In this document: piece by piece, positions 26,797 through 30,064 of the stretch | How the letters are laid out: every line of letters begins with the position of its first letter | Position numbering within the stretch: position 1 is the stretch's first letter | Virus record (IMG/VR): IMGVR_UViG_3300048852_000029 | Location: 1-30,064 of that record | Direction: 5' to 3' (one strand) | DNA length: 30,064 nt | Source of the DNA: a virus | Taxonomy: Duplodnaviria > Caudoviricetes | Made by a program: the position numbers and the translations under genes | Notes under the pieces: generated by a model | What the model was told of the DNA's origin: nothing | Databases searched by the model: none | Seen by the model: the letters and a program-made list of their open reading frames with translations, nothing else

Positions 26797-27483
26797 TCAG
26801 TCGGCCGCGATCGGCTCAGCGAGGCCCGGGTCGTCCTCGCTGACCCGCCCAACCCGCGGAGACACGGGCCACACAGCGAGCTCGGGCGGCGCGTCGGCCC
26901 CGAAGAGCGGCGCCAGGTCGTCGAGCTCCGTGTCCGGGTCCAGCCAGGCGTCCCACGCGTCGTCGCGCAGCATCACCGGCATCCGGCTGTGAAGCGGCCG
27001 CATCTGCGCGTTGGCGTCGGTGGTGACGATGGTGAAGGTGCGGAGGATCTCGCCGTCAGGCGCGCGCCAGCCCTCCCACAGGCCGGCGAAGGCCAGCATG
27101 CCCCGATCGGCCGCAGTGATGCAGTAGGGCTGCTTGGGCCCCTTGGGCGACGTCGGCGCGCGCCACTCATAGAATCCGGTCGCGGGCACCAGGCAGCGGC
27201 GCTTGCGGAAGGCGTCGCGGAATGTGGGCAGCGTCGCCACGGTCTCCGCTCGCGCGTTGATGGCCCGGGCGCCGGCGGTGGCGTCCTTGGCCCACCGCGG
27301 CACCAGGCCCCAGCGGAGCGGGTCGAGGTGTCGGTCGCCGCTCTCTGGGTGCCGCCGCACGACCAAGGCGCTTTGGGTGGGGGCGATGTTCCAGCGCGGC
27401 GGCGTGTTGGGCGTCGGGCCCGTGGTCCTGAAGGTCGCCGCAACCTCGGCGGCCGATCGCGACTGCTGGAAACGTCCGCACAT
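26797..27483 (-). CDS. SOS response-associated peptidase (SRAP/HMCES/YedK family)
   Basis: Starts MCGRF (catalytic Cys2) at ATG 27483; RWNIAPTQ, WGLVP.W, INARAET, RRCLVPATGFYEW, H.RMPV motifs. Confidence 0.95.
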   Translation of the reverse strand: MCGRFQQSRSAAEVAATFRTTGPTPNTPPRWNIAPTQSALVVRRHPESGDRHLDPLRWGLVPRWAKDATAGARAINARAETVATLPTFRDAFRKRRCLVPATGFYEWRAPTSPKGPKQPYCITAADRGMLAFAGLWEGWRAPDGEILRTFTIVTTDANAQMRPLHSRMPVMLRDDAWDAWLDPDTELDDLAPLFGADAPPELAVWPVSPRVGRVSEDDPGLAEPIAAD

Positions 27484-27669
27484 CAGAGCCTCGCTGTGGC
27501 GCCTATCGCCGATGCCTGACCAGAAACCTACATCAGCCGGGTCTCGCACAACTTCGCGCCGCTGCAGGGCTGGACCACCAGCCTAGTTCTGGATCGTGGC
27601 ACCGGCTTCATGCAGCGGATGCGGACTGCCTCCGCCAGCCCCTATCGCGGCGAGCTGTCGCGGGGGCAG

Positions 27670-28011
27670 CTAGCGCCAGGGGCTGGGCGGACGCTGGGCG
27701 GCGGTGTCGCGCAGGTTCGGCCAGCCGCAAGCGGCCCGCGACATCACCTGCGCCTCCTGGGGCGTGATCTGCGGCATGTCGTACAGGTCGCGGGTCATCT
27801 GCTCTGCCGTGCGGCGGACTCTCTGGTCGGAGATGATCCGCGTCTTGGCCATCTCCTCCTCGAAGGCCGCGCCCAAGTTCCGATTGTGGGCAGTCCGCCA
27901 GGCCGCGATGGCCATGACCTCGCACATATCCTGGGCGGCTGCCCCCGGCACCGTGGGCGAGGCGGCGGTGGCCAGGCCGGCCAGAAGCACGGGGGCGAGG
28001 AGGGCGCGCAT
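27670..28011 (-). CDS. Small exported protein (113 aa)
   Basis: GGAG SD; signal peptide MRALLAPVLLAGLATAASP...AAA; two Cys. Confidence 0.6.
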   Translation of the reverse strand: MRALLAPVLLAGLATAASPTVPGAAAQDMCEVMAIAAWRTAHNRNLGAAFEEEMAKTRIISDQRVRRTAEQMTRDLYDMPQITPQEAQVMSRAACGWPNLRDTAAQRPPSPWR

Positions 28012-28265
28012 AGGGTCTCCGGTTGCGTGTGCGTGTCGCGTCGTGACGTCACGATAGCGTCATGATCCGCTTCGCACGAGTGGTCGCGGTCCATCCCGCG
28101 CGCAGGACGGTAGACTTACCGCCGCGCCCGAGTCAGGCCAGCGCTGAGGCATCCTGGCTGACGCGCCCGACCCGCACCCGTCGCTTACCCATTGCGGCGG
28201 CGGATTTACCCGGGTACCACCCGGAGTCCTCTTCGCGCGGTGATAGGGGCGAGCGGCGCCAGTAG

Positions 28266-28736
28266 ATGCCCATTAAGTTCCCGGTCGGCCCTGGCACACT
28301 GCTGCTGTGTGACTACACCGGCGGCTTCCAAGAGCCCGAGATGGTGAAGAGGCGGCCGGTAGTGGTGATCTCGCCCAGGCTCCCCCATCGAAATGGGCTG
28401 TGTACCGTGGTCCCGCTCAGCACATCGCCGCCACAGCGCGACGTTCCGTATGTCTGCCGCCTTGAGCTTGCGCAGCCGCTTCCTGCGCCCTTCGACAGCA
28501 CGACGGCGTGGGCGAAGGCGGACATGCTCGCGACAGTGGGGTTTCACCGCTTGGACCTCTTCCGCACAGGGCGAGACCAGTATGGCAAGAGGAAGTACCT
28601 GCATCCTGTCCTGGCGCCGGCGGACCTCGCTCGGGTGCGAAGCGCGGTCTTGCATGCTCTGGGAATAGGGGCATTGACGTCTGAACTCGAGGAGACGACA
28701 TTAACAGCGGCCGCTCCTGGCCCTCTGGGTCAGTGA
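28266..28736 (+). CDS. PemK/MazF-family toxin (YifN-like), no adjacent protein antitoxin
   Basis: PGTLLLCDY..GF.EPEMVKRRPVVVIS...LCTVVPLST...WAKADMLATV.F.RL motifs. Confidence 0.88.
   Translation: MPIKFPVGPGTLLLCDYTGGFQEPEMVKRRPVVVISPRLPHRNGLCTVVPLSTSPPQRDVPYVCRLELAQPLPAPFDSTTAWAKADMLATVGFHRLDLFRTGRDQYGKRKYLHPVLAPADLARVRSAVLHALGIGALTSELEETTLTAAAPGPLGQ
28674..28702 (+). promoter_or_regulatory. Sigma70-like promoter embedded in the toxin 3' end
   Basis: TTGACG (28674-28679), 17-bp spacer, GACATT (28697-28702); the -10 is a weak match. Confidence 0.5.
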
Positions 28737-28806
28737 GCCTCAAGACCACCCCCGGGTGGCCAACCCCGCCATGGCAATGACAAGCCCGGCGGGGTTGTTT
28801 GTTTCT
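28709..28806 (+). ncRNA. Candidate structured small RNA downstream of the PemK/MazF toxin
   Basis: Three consecutive hairpins (28713-28738, 28744-28761, 28762-28796) ending in GTTTGTTTCT, just after the putative promoter. Confidence 0.45.
28762..28806 (+). terminator. Intrinsic terminator
   Basis: AACCCCGCC...GGCGGGGTT 9-bp stem followed by a U-rich tail. Confidence 0.7.
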
Positions 28807-28881
28807 AAGGCCCTCGGACACGGCTGTGGTCTCGGAGGGGCTCTCCTACCGCCCCCATCCTATCGGCGGCAGCATTTCCGT

Positions 28882-29091
28882 CTACAGCGGCCGGGCCTTG
28901 CATGCATGGCAGCGCAGCCGCTCCACCAGCGCCCGGACCGTGGCATCGCGGGGCTGGCCAACGAACAGGTCCGCGATCAGGAACGTCTCTCGGCGCCCGC
29001 ATCCGCAGGTGATCTTCAGCCGGGCGTTGGCGGCATGCCAGAGCGGGGAGACGGGAGTTGGCCGGCCGTCGAGAGCGTTGGGCTTGCCCAT
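28882..29091 (-). CDS. Small Zn-ribbon-like protein (69 aa)
   Basis: CGC...LRCHACK Cys pairs; GGAGG/GAAGG upstream. Confidence 0.65.
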   Translation of the reverse strand: MGKPNALDGRPTPVSPLWHAANARLKITCGCGRRETFLIADLFVGQPRDATVRALVERLRCHACKARPL

Positions 29092-29139
29092 GGCCCGAGG
29101 CCTTCCTCCATCTCCTCAGCGTCCGAAAGCCAAGTACGT

Positions 29140-29649
29140 TCAGTCTCGCGCGCGCGGCGTCGGCGGCGCGTACCAAGGGTCATCGCGTCCACCACTCAGA
29201 GCCTGCCGTGGCTGCGCCCTGCCGCGAATGAACTGGAAATTCGAGCGAAGCAGTTGCTCGGCGAGCTGGGCAGCGGCGAGCGGCGCCAAGTGTTCATGGC
29301 CCGTCCGCCGCGGCTTCCCTTCAAGGTTGAAGCGGAGCGCGTAGGACAGGGTCTGAGCGAGTTCCTCGCGGGTGGCGAGCCGAGGTGCGCCTTGGGCAGC
29401 CGCGTCGGCAGGGGCGGCGGTCAGTCCCTCGGCGTCGCCGACGACCCAGGCCACCGCCTCCTCTACCATCGTCATTGGCAGCGCGGGATGGAGGGCGATC
29501 AGCCACTCACGCACGTCCTGCGCTGCACTTCGGGCGTCCCGGCCCCATGTGAAAGCCTGCCGCGCGATTCCGTCCAGTGCGTTCAGCATCGCCGAGCCCA
29601 GCCATGGTGGAGGCGCCGGCCGGGGCGCCCGGGGGTAGTCATCGGTCAT
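29140..29649 (-). CDS. Hypothetical protein (169 aa), probably SOS-regulated
   Basis: ATG 29649 (the track's 29985 start runs through the tRNA); EELAQTLSYALRF...G..R segment; LexA box upstream. Confidence 0.65.
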   Translation of the reverse strand: MTDDYPRAPRPAPPPWLGSAMLNALDGIARQAFTWGRDARSAAQDVREWLIALHPALPMTMVEEAVAWVVGDAEGLTAAPADAAAQGAPRLATREELAQTLSYALRFNLEGKPRRTGHEHLAPLAAAQLAEQLLRSNFQFIRGRAQPRQALSGGRDDPWYAPPTPRARD

Positions 29650-29672
29650 GCCGGACGATTCCCCAGAACCGA

Positions 29673-29687
29673 GAACGGAGCAAGAAC
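29673..29687 (-). promoter_or_regulatory. Alphaproteobacterial LexA (SOS) box
   Basis: GAAC-GGAGCAA-GAAC on + (GTTC-N7-GTTC on -), 23 bp upstream of the ATG at 29649. Confidence 0.75.
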
Positions 29688-29892
29688 TCCGTGGCGGCGG
29701 GGAGCCATATGACAGGGAGGTCAGATAGGGCGGCCGCGGCGACCTCGGGCGGCGCGTCGGGTCCGAACAGCGGCGCCAAGACCGGGCGTGCCCATGGCTC
29801 ACTTCCCCGGCCCCAATCCTGCCCGCGTTTCCGGCGGCGGTCCCTCGCAAGGCAACTTTCGCTTCTGAGCACTGTGCTTCTGGCGACTGCGC

Positions 29893-29923
29893 AAAGAAAA
29901 AGCCCTTGGTTTCCCAAGGGCTT
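29893..29923 (-). terminator. Intrinsic terminator downstream of tRNA-Pro
   Basis: Minus strand AAGCCCTTGG-GAAA-CCAAGGGCTT-TTTCTTT. Confidence 0.9.
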
Positions 29924-29937
29924 AATCCTTGCCGCGA

Positions 29938-30014
29938 TGGTCGGAGTGAGAGGATTCGAACCTCCGGCCCCTGCGTCCCGAACACAGTGCTCTACCAGGC
30001 TGAGCTACACTCCG
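29938..30014 (-). tRNA. tRNA-Pro (anticodon CGG); probable prophage attachment site
   Basis: Reverse complement CGGAGTGTAGCTCAGCCTGGTAGAGCACTGTGTTCGGGACGCAGGGGCCGGAGGTTCGAATCCTCTCACTCCGACCA: 77 nt, cloverleaf, TTCGAA T-loop, CCA end. Confidence 0.97.
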
Positions 30015-30064
30015 GCGGGGGCACGGCGAGGGCGGCGGTATAGCGCTGCCCAACCGGCAGGGCA

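Larger units (their letters stand above)
1..29937. mobile_element. Prophage (siphovirus-type, HK97-like head), right-hand part; extends beyond the left edge of the window
   Basis: Colinear portal-protease-capsid-connector-tail-tape measure-fibre-lysis genes, then an accessory region ending at the 3' end of a tRNA gene. No integrase in the window; the right boundary is inferred. Confidence 0.92.

Noticed and set aside
28062-28265. Protein antitoxin upstream of the PemK/MazF toxin
   Set aside because: The 67-aa ORF abuts the toxin start but has no SD, no AbrB/RHH-like pattern and no acidic tail, and is mostly low-complexity. Not formally excluded without an experiment.

Overview
The window holds the late-gene half and right end of a temperate siphovirus-type prophage in a high-GC bacterium, probably an alphaproteobacterium given a GAAC-N7-GAAC LexA box. 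From 1 to ~21500 a + strand morphogenesis/lysis operon runs: HK97-type portal (3' part), prohead protease, major capsid, an extra fibre-like module inside the head region, head-tail joining genes, tail tube, tail assembly chaperone with a -1 frameshift site, tape measure, tail-tip proteins, tail fibre, two holin-like genes and a GH19 endolysin. From ~21500 to 29900 lies a visibly more AT-rich accessory (moron) region. It contains a PEP-CTERM protein gene between two diverged copies of the endolysin 3' end, a HEPN-motif protein, small exported proteins, a SRAP peptidase, an orphan PemK/MazF-family toxin and a LexA-boxed gene. An intact tRNA-Pro(CGG) on the - strand closes the window and is the likely integration site. 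The best novelty candidates are (i) the orphan PemK/MazF toxin, whose last codons contain a sigma70-like promoter pointing into a ~100-nt three-hairpin RNA with a terminator (possible RNA antitoxin), (ii) a second fibre module in the head region with a possible shared docking peptide, and (iii) a signal-peptide-like N-terminal extension on the major capsid protein. All family calls come from motif recognition by eye; no searches were run.
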